From: a virus | Taxonomy: Duplodnaviria; Caudoviricetes | DNA length: 64,000 nucleotides | Virus record (IMG/VR): IMGVR_UViG_3300032167_000006 | Strand: one strand, 5' to 3' | Shown: piece by piece, positions 18,890-29,090 of the stretch | Layout of the letters: each line of letters starts with the position of its first letter | Position numbering within the stretch: position 1 is the first letter of the stretch | The notes under the pieces: generated by a model | Database searches by the model: none | Told to the model about the DNA's origin: nothing | Seen by the model: the letters and a program-made list of their open reading frames with translations, nothing else | Program-made: the position numbers and the translations under genes

Positions 18890-21800
18890 TTAATAAACTG
18901 CAATAGTTATATCTGCAGTACCATCTGCTGTAGTAGATATATTTAAAAATTCAGGGCAAATATCTGCACTAACTTGCTCATCAAGATATATATGCTGACA
19001 AGCAGCACCATAATTATTTACATCTAAGAATTCAAAATATGTTAATTGCTCTCTATAATTATTTGTAATAAGTGTAATAATATTAGGAATATGAAGTTCA
19101 TTAATCTCATTAATATCTTCGATATATTCTTTAACATCAATGACAATATCATCACTTATATACTTATCTGCAGATGTGTTAGCTTCAAGAGCAAATTTCA
19201 TTGATAATGCGACGTTATCAATATAATTAGTAACTTTAGTTGTATCTGCTAATTTAATCCAGCCTTCATATGGCGATGTAATATAACCCCATTGACCTTT
19301 AACTTTAGTTATATTAATTTGATCACCTATAGATAAAGTTCCAACAACATTAGTGTCTTCTTCGCTCTCAGTATTTTTAAACACTTTAAGTTTTTTAGTA
19401 ATAACACGAACTTTATACTCTTGAGAAGATGGAATGCTATAATAAAACATTTTAGACGGTCCATATGTATTAAAGAATTTAAAATCTATATCGAAAGTAT
19501 CTTCTAATATATATAAGCATTCTTCAATATATTTACGTCTTGTTTCAAGATCATATACAAAATCTTGTACAAGTTCTTCGGTATTAAGATAATCATTTTT
19601 TATCAAAGGAATTCTTTTGATAGCATAATTATATACATAACCACCATCTTCATTTACTTCATATAATGGTTTATATGATATAATTTCATTGCCATTGCTA
19701 TCAAATCTTATAAATTTTTCACATTTAGGCGTATTATCAGAATCTAATAATGGTATCTGATCTACTGTAACAGTACTTCTCATCATAGAACTATAATCAT
19801 AATAGAAATCAATACCGCCATCAACGGTCATTATATTACATAATGTATATCCAGTTAAATCTACAAAACTATAGTTTTCAATAACACTGATTGATTTTGG
19901 ATCTTTAAGTAATGTTTCTTGCACAAAGTCAGAATATCTGTTAGTTCTAAGATATCTAAGTATAGCAGTTTCATCTTTTGATTCATTGCCATTAAACTCT
20001 TGAACTTTTTTAATATATTCCTCTTCACCTTGTATTATACTAATTACATTTAGTCTTATTATCTCACCATTATCAGTATATTCATAGTAAATATTATTTT
20101 TTAAGAAAGCGTCAATAACATCTTCTTTTGTTGGTAAAACATTATCAATACTAGTTCTATTATTTACTGTAGATTCATTTAATAATGTAACTTCAGTCTT
20201 AGTACCATTAACATTTTCTATTATAGTTCCAATATTAGTTCCAAGATCAGCAAGAATAAATATTTTAGCAAAAGTATTCTTATTCATATAACCATGTGAA
20301 TTCTCTATACTACCTTTATGCTGTAATTCTTCATTGCCACAGTTATAAATTCCAGTAATATTTATACGATTATTTAAATCCATATAATCGTCTGTTCCCA
20401 TATTAAATTTAAATGTATAAATAAATGATTTTGGATCATAGTCTGTTAGCTCTGCTTCAACGTATCTATACGGATGAGTTTCTGTTTCATCTGTATAAAG
20501 AACCATTACCATACGAATGTATACATCTTCTTTATTCCAAATAACTTCACCATTAGAATCATAAGTATGCTTAACTAATCCATAATCGGTATTAATATTA
20601 TTCTGAGTCATAACGACTTCCATTGTATACTTATTATCTACTTCATGTGTGTTATCTTTATTAAATACATAACCACGCTTCCAATTCATATTAGTTGCAA
20701 TGAATTGTAAATCAGATTCAGTATTAATATTATCAAAAGCAAATGTTTTATTATCATTCATTATAGTAAGAAAATATGAAGATATTAAATCATCATCAAT
20801 AGTAATAGCAAATGGTGTAGTATATTCAAATACTCTAACCATATTACCATCTTTATTAACTATCATAGGATATGGATATTCTTCTTTATCTAATCCTTCT
20901 ATTAAATTAGATGGTGGTATTATAGTAGCAAAATCATTATCTACATCTGTACCATGGTCATAATAATAAAACTTAGCTCCAGGTTTAATAACAAGATTAT
21001 TATTACCAGAAAATCCTTCAAAATCAGTTTGTTTTATTCTTACATTTAGCGTATTAGTTGGATATACATTGCCATCTTTTCTCATAAGCATATATGTATA
21101 ATACATACGCTCAAATTGATTATCTTTCTTTTTCTTAAAATATAATTTACATTCATCATCATTAATTGAATTAAAGAAATTATTAAGATCAGATGTGTTT
21201 ATAATAGCCCCACGTGAAGATGCTTCTCTAGGAATTATTTTTCTAATATCTGCTATAGACTTTTTATCTCTACCTGTTGTTGATATACCATCTAATAACG
21301 GATATATATAAGCGTACATGCCGTTGTAATTATTATAAGTTTCTGATTTAAGGCTGATTTTAAAATTATTATTATAAGTGAAGTTACCACTAGCACCTTC
21401 AGATGTTTGTATATTAACCTTAACTACAGCATTCATTGACGGCATATATGAATCAGGTGAGAATAATACTCTTATAGTATTTTCATTAATAAAGCTGTAA
21501 TAACACCAAGAACCATCTTGTATTGTATAATCTATAAGACCAGAATATACAGGGGTTAAGTGGGTGGTTACTCCATTTTCAATTACATCAACGTCAAATG
21601 CAGCTAACTGTCCTGTGAAGTCAAATGTAACTGCTTTATTTTCTATAGGGCTACTGGTAAGAATATTCTTTGATACTGTGGTTAGAGTAACCTGATGCAA
21701 TCTTGCAGAGAATGCTACAAAATCAGTTCTATCTATAGTACATTGCATAACTGTAGTAATATATGGGTTTGTCATATCTGATATAGGATTACTTTGTTTA

Positions 21801-22330
21801 ACCTCAGTAGTACCAGTTTTAAATAAATCATATATAGCAGTATATACGTATTTACCTTGAGGATTTTTTGTTCTTGTAAATATTACATCATAATCCAAAT
21901 GAAATTCATGAGAACCAACCATTATTGGGCATTCTCTTGATAAAATAAATTTAGCTTTACCTGTGGTTTCATTTATCTCTGTAAAATTTGCTTCCATGTA
22001 AGTTATAGGTAAATATATCATCATGGTCATTACAGCAGGTTTAGCATATATATCAGAAATGCCAAGATTCATTGCATGATTAATAACATTTTTACTAAAT
22101 TTAGCCCTTGTTGGTATTGTTTCATTAACATTTTCGGATATTACAACAAGAGAGTTTTGTAATGTTTGTGAGAACATTTCGTTCATATATCCGAATATAC
22201 CAACTGTCGAGGAGGTATTATCAATATCAGTTATATTATCGTGTCTTACTTGATCTAAGAATTCTGTTATTTCATAAATATCAGTACTTAATATATTTTG
22301 ATTATCTGTATTTGTATTAGTAGATGCCAT
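18890..22330 (-). CDS. Baseplate wedge protein (T4 gp6/baseplate J-like) with C-terminal SH3b-like insert (1146 aa)
   Basis: NETIPTRAKFSKNVINHAMNLG, TSEGASGNF, GRDKKSIADIR...RGAIINTSDL follow the gp6/J pattern; VVGTLSIGDQINITKVKGQWGYI...EGWI is SH3b-like. Confidence 0.65.
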   Translation of the reverse strand: MASTNTNTDNQNILSTDIYEITEFLDQVRHDNITDIDNTSSTVGIFGYMNEMFSQTLQNSLVVISENVNETIPTRAKFSKNVINHAMNLGISDIYAKPAVMTMMIYLPITYMEANFTEINETTGKAKFILSRECPIMVGSHEFHLDYDVIFTRTKNPQGKYVYTAIYDLFKTGTTEVKQSNPISDMTNPYITTVMQCTIDRTDFVAFSARLHQVTLTTVSKNILTSSPIENKAVTFDFTGQLAAFDVDVIENGVTTHLTPVYSGLIDYTIQDGSWCYYSFINENTIRVLFSPDSYMPSMNAVVKVNIQTSEGASGNFTYNNNFKISLKSETYNNYNGMYAYIYPLLDGISTTGRDKKSIADIRKIIPREASSRGAIINTSDLNNFFNSINDDECKLYFKKKKDNQFERMYYTYMLMRKDGNVYPTNTLNVRIKQTDFEGFSGNNNLVIKPGAKFYYYDHGTDVDNDFATIIPPSNLIEGLDKEEYPYPMIVNKDGNMVRVFEYTTPFAITIDDDLISSYFLTIMNDNKTFAFDNINTESDLQFIATNMNWKRGYVFNKDNTHEVDNKYTMEVVMTQNNINTDYGLVKHTYDSNGEVIWNKEDVYIRMVMVLYTDETETHPYRYVEAELTDYDPKSFIYTFKFNMGTDDYMDLNNRINITGIYNCGNEELQHKGSIENSHGYMNKNTFAKIFILADLGTNIGTIIENVNGTKTEVTLLNESTVNNRTSIDNVLPTKEDVIDAFLKNNIYYEYTDNGEIIRLNVISIIQGEEEYIKKVQEFNGNESKDETAILRYLRTNRYSDFVQETLLKDPKSISVIENYSFVDLTGYTLCNIMTVDGGIDFYYDYSSMMRSTVTVDQIPLLDSDNTPKCEKFIRFDSNGNEIISYKPLYEVNEDGGYVYNYAIKRIPLIKNDYLNTEELVQDFVYDLETRRKYIEECLYILEDTFDIDFKFFNTYGPSKMFYYSIPSSQEYKVRVITKKLKVFKNTESEEDTNVVGTLSIGDQINITKVKGQWGYITSPYEGWIKLADTTKVTNYIDNVALSMKFALEANTSADKYISDDIVIDVKEYIEDINEINELHIPNIITLITNNYREQLTYFEFLDVNNYGAACQHIYLDEQVSADICPEFLNISTTADGTADITIAVY

Positions 22331-22347
22331 ATTTTAATATCCCTCCT

Positions 22348-23439
22348 TTAAATATTATTTGTCCATTTTAATTTATAAATTCGTGATTTTCCAGTGCCAG
22401 ATTTACGTACATTTTGTAAATATTCTTCATCAGCAGTTGTCGGAACAATCACAGGCCATCTGACCCAGCTATTATCTACAGAAGATAAATCATAATTATA
22501 AGTATTTACAAAAGTAGGTCTTATAACATTACCATTAGAATCGACTTTATTTTTTGCAGGGGTTATTCTATTAAATTCACTTAAAATCATTGGATTATTA
22601 TCCTCTACAAATTGAGCATGGAAAGATGCTGAATATTTAAATCCGTCATTTCCAGGATCTCCAAAATCATTTCTTGGCACATCTGTAAAAAAGCAACCTG
22701 TTAATTTAGCATAATATAAAATAGTCTCTCCATCACTGCCTATTAAGAATTTATAAATAGAAAATTGTTCTGATAGTATTTTATTTATTATATAATCTTC
22801 AAATGGTGAAACTTCTCCCATTTTAAGCATTCTTATATATTCATCATATGCTTTAAGTAAAGTATAAATTTCAAGTCGAGCAGTATCAGAAAAACTTAGT
22901 GAGAAATCATATCCATTATCTGATTTAAAACTATGACCCCTATATTGGATATTGACTCCCATAATATTAGAGGTGGATTCTCTAGATTCAGATGATATAG
23001 ATGGCAAATCTAATTTAGAAGTTACAGCATTTGATAACAAATACATAAATGGATTTTTTACTCCATTTCTATCTTTTAAAGAATATTGTAACTGCTTTAA
23101 AGCGTCTCCATGCCTATTATCAGCATCGACAAAAAATGGAATTACTGATAATTCTTTTCTAAGTGTAGATTGACTATAAGATTTTCCATCATAAATCCAT
23201 AAATCTGGTTTTGTGAAGAATAAAAATTCTCTACTTATTTGATCTGTATTATATGGATCTACATATCCAAATCTACTAAACTTATCATACCACTCAATAT
23301 CATCTCTAGAAAATATTTTATTTGAAGCTAAAACTTTATCAAGATCATTAATCTTGATTTGTCTATAACTATCAGCATAATTTATTTTATTTTTATTTTT
23401 AGGATCACTTAATGGTTCCATAAAAGTATGTTGCGCCAT
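22348..23439 (-). CDS. Virion structural protein, probable tail-tube-fold baseplate protein (363 aa)
   Basis: Late motif AACA-TAGATA-TA at 23467-23478; FFTKPDL...FSLSFSD...ILYYAKLTGCFFTDVP pattern; adjacent to wedge gene. Confidence 0.55.
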   Translation of the reverse strand: MAQHTFMEPLSDPKNKNKINYADSYRQIKINDLDKVLASNKIFSRDDIEWYDKFSRFGYVDPYNTDQISREFLFFTKPDLWIYDGKSYSQSTLRKELSVIPFFVDADNRHGDALKQLQYSLKDRNGVKNPFMYLLSNAVTSKLDLPSISSESRESTSNIMGVNIQYRGHSFKSDNGYDFSLSFSDTARLEIYTLLKAYDEYIRMLKMGEVSPFEDYIINKILSEQFSIYKFLIGSDGETILYYAKLTGCFFTDVPRNDFGDPGNDGFKYSASFHAQFVEDNNPMILSEFNRITPAKNKVDSNGNVIRPTFVNTYNYDLSSVDNSWVRWPVIVPTTADEEYLQNVRKSGTGKSRIYKLKWTNNI

Positions 23440-23664
23440 ATATTCTCACCTCTCTTATTAACTAATTATATCTATGTTTTGGGCATGTAAATATACCTAA
23501 ACCTCTATAACAAAAGCAATTATAATTGCATAATATAATAGTAGAAACTTATGAAGAGATTGTAATTTACATAGCTTTTTACATTATATTTAAATCAAAC
23601 CTGCACATTTATAGTTATTGAATTTAATTCAATTAAAGTTATTATCGAAAGGAATGATTTAAAT

Positions 23665-23982
23665 ATGGCTGAAAAATATTTGAAAACTGGAGCTCTTAAC
23701 CCTGCTTGGTGTGACGAACAATATGTAGCACATCAAACTGAACGTATCATGGATGGATTGGAGGATTTTCTTAATGGTGATATAGATGCAAATCTTAGTT
23801 TAGATTTAGGAGATAATGTATCTTTAAATATATCTGGAAAAAGAACAAATAATAAATCCATGTGCGAATTAGTTGGAATTGACGAAAAAGATTACGAAGC
23901 AAAATTTAATTTCATCAAGCAGCATAGTGATAATCCAGAAGATTTAAAATTAGCTAGAGAGATTATTGGATTAAATACTTGA
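23665..23982 (+). CDS. Hypothetical acidic protein (105 aa) flanked by ~29-bp inverted repeats
   Basis: GAAAGGA RBS; early-type motif AATTGCATAATAT at 23524-23536. Confidence 0.7.
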   Translation: MAEKYLKTGALNPAWCDEQYVAHQTERIMDGLEDFLNGDIDANLSLDLGDNVSLNISGKRTNNKSMCELVGIDEKDYEAKFNFIKQHSDNPEDLKLAREIIGLNT

Positions 23983-24079
23983 TAAAGTATATATTTGGCT
24001 TAAAGCCACGTAAAACTACAATCTCTTTATTTTTTTGCTATAAAACATAATATTAAATATTGAAAGGAGGTCTATTAAG

Positions 24080-25399
24080 ATGAATCAATGTCAACAGCTG
24101 CACGAAACTATTGTGCGAGACATTCTTGATGTTTTTGATAACGTTAAGAACTTTGATCAAATTGAATGGATTAGAAGTAGAAATAATGTAGGTTCGATTG
24201 CTAAAAGAGCAAGTAATTTAGTTTTAGTATTTCCTGTAATTTGCTCTACATCTATTAATATCCAAACCGCATCTATTATTACTAAAGCTATAGAACGTAA
24301 ATGTGTTTCACTTTTACAGATTCTTTTTAGCTCAATGCAATTAACAAGCGTTGATAACATGTATGATTATCTCAGACAATTCCATAGCAATTTAGGTCTT
24401 AAAGGAAATCTTACCCTTGATGATTTTATAACTGTTATGGATAGAATGGTTGATGAGGGTGCTGCTCAAATTACAGACATGGAAGCATACCAAGCTGTTA
24501 AAGAAGATATGAAAAATATTAACTATCATCTTAGTACTGAAATTAATCCTACATCTATTAACGAGTACGTAATTCGTAAAGATATGTATGGCGATTCTCA
24601 TGTAGTTAGAGAAGATTATAAGAGTTTTCTTAATAAAAAGATTAATACTGCTGTAGATTCTTCTCTTGCTAAACGCTCTGAAGAAATTTACAATGCATCT
24701 AAAAAAGTTGACAAACAGGTTGATTACTTTAGAAATCAACTTTCTACAGGTGAAATTAATAAAGCTAATGAGCTTATGCCTACAACAATGATTGTTAATT
24801 TTACTACTAAAGATGATAAAGGTTCTACATTTACAACTACTGGCGTAGTTGGTATTAAAGCTAAATTATATCCTGTAGATTCTATGGATATATGTAATCG
24901 TATTGCATCTAAATATAAAGATTCTAATGGTTTATTTAATCTTGTTAGAGCATCTACAAGAGAAATTTCTTTCTTTAGAGATCTTGCATTTGCTATAGAT
25001 AAAGCTAAACTTGATGCTGTTATGATGGCTAAGGAATCTAATAATGCTAAGATATTTAAAGTTCTGGAACGTAGAGCAGCTAAAAATAGATTCTCTGCTT
25101 TACTTAAGAAAAATGATGCTTCTCCTATAACATCATTAATTCTTTCACAGGATGAAGTTGAATATCTTAAGAAATATAATTCATTAGATATGGAAAAATC
25201 ATATGTAACTAGAAAGATTCTTGAGAATTATAACTTAATGGATATTGTTATAGCTGATGAATCTCTTGAAGTTGCTAAGTTTCTTTTTGATGATGGCGAT
25301 GGTGTATTTGAGACATTATCGTTTGATTCACTTGAGAAAGAAGCTAAAGATTCTTCATACAAAAAAGTTGTTAATCTTATGAGTAGAATAAATCGCTAA
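24080..25399 (+). CDS. Virion structural protein (439 aa)
   Basis: AAAGGAGG RBS, late motif AACA-TAATAT-TA at 24044-24055, first gene of a structural run. Confidence 0.65.
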   Translation: MNQCQQLHETIVRDILDVFDNVKNFDQIEWIRSRNNVGSIAKRASNLVLVFPVICSTSINIQTASIITKAIERKCVSLLQILFSSMQLTSVDNMYDYLRQFHSNLGLKGNLTLDDFITVMDRMVDEGAAQITDMEAYQAVKEDMKNINYHLSTEINPTSINEYVIRKDMYGDSHVVREDYKSFLNKKINTAVDSSLAKRSEEIYNASKKVDKQVDYFRNQLSTGEINKANELMPTTMIVNFTTKDDKGSTFTTTGVVGIKAKLYPVDSMDICNRIASKYKDSNGLFNLVRASTREISFFRDLAFAIDKAKLDAVMMAKESNNAKIFKVLERRAAKNRFSALLKKNDASPITSLILSQDEVEYLKKYNSLDMEKSYVTRKILENYNLMDIVIADESLEVAKFLFDDGDGVFETLSFDSLEKEAKDSSYKKVVNLMSRINR

Positions 25400-25416
25400 G
25401 GAAGGAGGAAAGAAAG

Positions 25417-26538
25417 ATGTATACTTATACGAGACCAGATCCTATAAAGGAATCTGATGCTTCGTTTACTGGATATATGGTAGATGAGACAAAAATGATT
25501 AAATCTTTTGATTATGCTTCTATATATCGTTCACAGCAATTTACTGAAGCTATGAAATATTTCGATAATGATGATACAATGACAAGAAATATTTTATTAT
25601 CTGTAAATGAAGCTGATCAGAATCTTGTTATGACTTCATTAGCTAATAAGTTATATGGTCATATTACTGAAAAGGTAGATGAGATAGATTTTGGTACTAT
25701 TCCTAATTCTAAAGGTGATATTACTAAGATTGATAATTATGAAAAACTTCTTGATTGCGTAAATATCATTTCAGATATTCTTCAGCAATATCATCAGGAT
25801 ACTACTCCTGTAGAGACTGTTAGTCTTGCTATACAGAATATGGTTGATAGAACAGATATGTTTGAGAAAGCATACAAACTTAACGTAGAAATGCCTATTA
25901 TTATTTATAATACTATAGTACTTTCTATCGTAAGTGCTGTATCATATATGATTTCATCATGCATCGAATTTGTTAAGTTACCTGAAGATAAAGGCTTTGA
26001 AATTGCAATGGATAAAATTTCAGCAGTTAAAGTCAGAGACTCTATCTTATTTAACGATCTTAAGAAATTCAATAAGATGTGTGCTGATGGTTCTTTTGAT
26101 AAAGCAATGGATTATGTAATGAAACAGAACGCTAATAATTTTGCTGGAGCTTCATTCGCATTTGGCGCTAGTTCAATTGTAGTTGCTCTTGGACTTTTAT
26201 TACTTATAATCCCTGTTATTAGAGAACTTATATTCTTCTTCTATTATTCGAAAGCTAAAGTATCTGATTACTTTGATGCTCAATCATCTTTATTATTAAT
26301 TAATGCTTATAATATTGAGAATAATTTATCTAGAGATGAAAAGACCAAGAAGCAGATATCAGGTAAACAACGTAAAGTTGCTGATGTATTTAAAAAGATT
26401 TCTAATACTCTTAAAGTTAATTTAAAGACTGGAGAAAAGAAATCTAGTGACGAAATTAATAAATTAGATAAACAGAAATTTAAGCATGATGAGGTATTAG
26501 ATAAGATGCCTGATTCTTCTAATTCTGTATTATTCTAA
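25417..26538 (+). CDS. Virion structural protein with one hydrophobic/TM segment (373 aa)
   Basis: AAGGAGG RBS; SIVVALGLLLLIIPVIRELIFFFYY hydrophobic stretch. Confidence 0.65.
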   Translation: MYTYTRPDPIKESDASFTGYMVDETKMIKSFDYASIYRSQQFTEAMKYFDNDDTMTRNILLSVNEADQNLVMTSLANKLYGHITEKVDEIDFGTIPNSKGDITKIDNYEKLLDCVNIISDILQQYHQDTTPVETVSLAIQNMVDRTDMFEKAYKLNVEMPIIIYNTIVLSIVSAVSYMISSCIEFVKLPEDKGFEIAMDKISAVKVRDSILFNDLKKFNKMCADGSFDKAMDYVMKQNANNFAGASFAFGASSIVVALGLLLLIIPVIRELIFFFYYSKAKVSDYFDAQSSLLLINAYNIENNLSRDEKTKKQISGKQRKVADVFKKISNTLKVNLKTGEKKSSDEINKLDKQKFKHDEVLDKMPDSSNSVLF

Positions 26539-26673
26539 TTTTAATTAAATAAACATTCATATAAATTATATAAAGACACTTTTTACCTTACTTTTTACTT
26601 ATAATAAAACTTTTTACTTTATTCCTTAAAAAATTTAAATCAAAAATAAATATTTGTAAGGAGGATTACAATA

Positions 26674-27957
26674 ATGATTTTTAATAGTAATACAACATCA
26701 CTTGGTGCTAATACTACTATTCCTATGGCTGAAGGCTATGACGCTCATTGCGGTGTAGGTTTAGCTCTCGTTGAGTCTGCTCGTAATGATTACTCAATGT
26801 TCAAAGCTATGATTCAGGCTGATTATAAAGAACTTGCTATTTGTAAAGAGTCAACTGGCGTTGTTATGGAGGGCGAAATTGCTGCTCTTCACGAGGCAGT
26901 TGGTGGCGGTATCTTCAAGAAGATCGTAGAGCTCTTCAAGAAGCTTGTTGCTAAAATTAAATCAATTTTCCACAATTTTGCTGCTAGACTTCAGGGTCTT
27001 TTCGGCAAGGATGCAGACCTCGTTAAGAAATATCAGACAGAGGTTCTTAGAAAGAGCAATATTAATAAGCTTGAAGTTAAATGGCGTAAAAAGGCTGATA
27101 ACTTTGATTCAGTTGCATTTGATCTTATCGACCCCACTGCATTTGACGGTTATGCAAAAGCAAAGGGCGAAAATAAAGATATTGAAGGTTGGGCTGAAGA
27201 CTCTTGGGAGCGTGTACAGTTCTTCCTTAAGAAATCTGGTATCGAGAAATGCGAATCAACAAGCGAAGTAGTAACTGAGTTTGTAAATAAGAATTTTGCT
27301 GATGAAGATACACTCACAATCGGTGATGTAGGCGGCGTTCGTGCAATCTGTGATTTCTTAAGTGGTTATTCTAAGAAATTTGATACAATGCAGAAAAATA
27401 TCAATAAGTCTACTACAAATCTTGAGAAGATTGTTAAGTCTTATAACGATAAAGCTAGCGAAGTAGCTGAGAAGTCAAATGATAAGGGCGTAGCTAATGT
27501 TGATGGTAAGTTTGTATCGATTAATCAGGCTAATCATATTTATGATATGGCAGTTGCTTATCAGACAGCTGTTCTTGCTATTATGCAGGCTACTACTGAC
27601 TGTGCTAAGATCGATTACAAACAGAACAAAGCTGCTTTCATGAAGGCTGTTACTGTAAGTGAGAAGAAGCTTGAAGAGTCAACACTTCTTGCTGCTGTAG
27701 CTGAGGCTGCTGAAGAGGAAGTTGAAGAGGTTCTTGCTGGCGCTCTTGAGAAGGAAGAAATTTCAGATGTAAGCGCAGCTTCTACAAATGTTAAGGATGC
27801 CGATGTTTCAGATGATCCTGATAAGCTTACTTATGGTCCTGATCAGTATACAGCTAACGCTAAGTTTGATGGTCCTGTTGATGGCGAGATCGATACAGAC
27901 CCAAACAGCAAAGACTGTAAAGAAGAATCTGCTTTCTTCGGTAAATTATTCTATTAA
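26674..27957 (+). CDS. Probable abundant internal head protein, paralogue family A (427 aa)
   Basis: Late motif AACA-TTCATA-TA at 26552-26563; strong codon bias; LHEA followed by amphipathic IFKKIVELFKKLVAKIKSIF helix. Confidence 0.65.
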   Translation: MIFNSNTTSLGANTTIPMAEGYDAHCGVGLALVESARNDYSMFKAMIQADYKELAICKESTGVVMEGEIAALHEAVGGGIFKKIVELFKKLVAKIKSIFHNFAARLQGLFGKDADLVKKYQTEVLRKSNINKLEVKWRKKADNFDSVAFDLIDPTAFDGYAKAKGENKDIEGWAEDSWERVQFFLKKSGIEKCESTSEVVTEFVNKNFADEDTLTIGDVGGVRAICDFLSGYSKKFDTMQKNINKSTTNLEKIVKSYNDKASEVAEKSNDKGVANVDGKFVSINQANHIYDMAVAYQTAVLAIMQATTDCAKIDYKQNKAAFMKAVTVSEKKLEESTLLAAVAEAAEEEVEEVLAGALEKEEISDVSAASTNVKDADVSDDPDKLTYGPDQYTANAKFDGPVDGEIDTDPNSKDCKEESAFFGKLFY

Positions 27958-27989
27958 TTATAAATTATCCAATAAAGGAGGATACAGTA

Positions 27990-28994
27990 ATGATTTTTAA
28001 CGAGATGAAATCTAACACAGATTCTGATGTTATTGTTAATGAGAGCCCTTATGAACTTGGTATCGGCGGCGCTCTTATGCATGTATATGAAAATGAATGC
28101 AATTATAACGCTCTTATGAAAGCTGCTGCTCTCAGCGAGCTTAAATATTATAATGAAAATGGTGGCGACCTCTTTGTTCAGGAAGCTGGTGCATTCTCAG
28201 GTTTCTTAGCTAAGATTAAGGCATTCTTCCTCAAGGTTATTGAGAAGATTAAGAGCATTGCTCATAAGTTCATGGCTAAGGTTAATCAGTACACAATGTC
28301 TGATAAGGACTTTGTTAAGAAATACCAGACAGAAATCCTTAGACGTGATCTTAAGGATTTTGAATTCACTGGTTATAAATTCCCCAAATTCAATGCTGGC
28401 ATTGAAAAAGATAATAAAGTATTAGTTAATGGTATTCCTGCTAAGGATGCAGATCAGGATACACTTAATGAAGTTATTGAGAAGAATCGTGGTAAAATCG
28501 TTGGTGGTTCTGCAATGACAGAGTCTGAGTATCGTGATGCTCTTAAAGAAAAATTATACGGTGATAAGGATTCATTCCCTGTAGTTATTCGTGAGCAGTT
28601 TGATATTATTACTAAAACTAAAGATGATATTAAAGCTGTTGAGGATGATAAGAAATCTATCATTAAAGCTATCGAGGATATCATCAAGGCTACTGAGAAT
28701 ACATGGAAAGCTGATAATAAAGCTCTTAACGATACAGTTAAAGATTTAAAGGATGACGTTAAAGAAGAGAAAGAGGCTGCTCTTAAGCTTCTTGATCATC
28801 AGGTTTATGTATGGAAAGCATACTCAAATGACTTGACTGTATACTTTGGTGCTAAGGCTAAGTCACTTGTTGACAGAAACCGTCAGGCTAAAGCTATCTG
28901 TGTTAAGGCTCTTTCATACAAAGCTAAGAATGAATCTGCTTCTGTAGAAGAGAGTGCTTATGGCAATATCTTTGCTGGCGTTGAGATTCTTTAA
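27990..28994 (+). CDS. Probable internal head protein, paralogue family A (334 aa)
   Basis: VQEA-GAFSGFLAKIKAFFLKVIEKIKSI...DFVKKYQTEILR, clearly similar to DLVKKYQTEVLR of the 427-aa protein. Confidence 0.65.
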   Translation: MIFNEMKSNTDSDVIVNESPYELGIGGALMHVYENECNYNALMKAAALSELKYYNENGGDLFVQEAGAFSGFLAKIKAFFLKVIEKIKSIAHKFMAKVNQYTMSDKDFVKKYQTEILRRDLKDFEFTGYKFPKFNAGIEKDNKVLVNGIPAKDADQDTLNEVIEKNRGKIVGGSAMTESEYRDALKEKLYGDKDSFPVVIREQFDIITKTKDDIKAVEDDKKSIIKAIEDIIKATENTWKADNKALNDTVKDLKDDVKEEKEAALKLLDHQVYVWKAYSNDLTVYFGAKAKSLVDRNRQAKAICVKALSYKAKNESASVEESAYGNIFAGVEIL

Positions 28995-29028
28995 TCTATA
29001 AATACTACTTTATTTAAATAAAAAGAAT

Positions 29029-29052
29029 GGAGGGTGGGGTGACCCACTCTCC
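29029..29052 (+). terminator. GNRA-loop hairpin terminator
   Basis: GGAGGGTGGG-GTGA-CCCACTCTCC (one G.U) then TACTCTTT. Confidence 0.6.
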
Positions 29053-29090
29053 TACTCTTTAAAATAAAAAAATATAATGAAAGGAGTTTT

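Noticed and set aside
23551-24030. IS element or MITE
   Set aside because: Enclosed ORF shows no transposase motif and no target-site duplication is evident; reported as a finding, not as a mobile element
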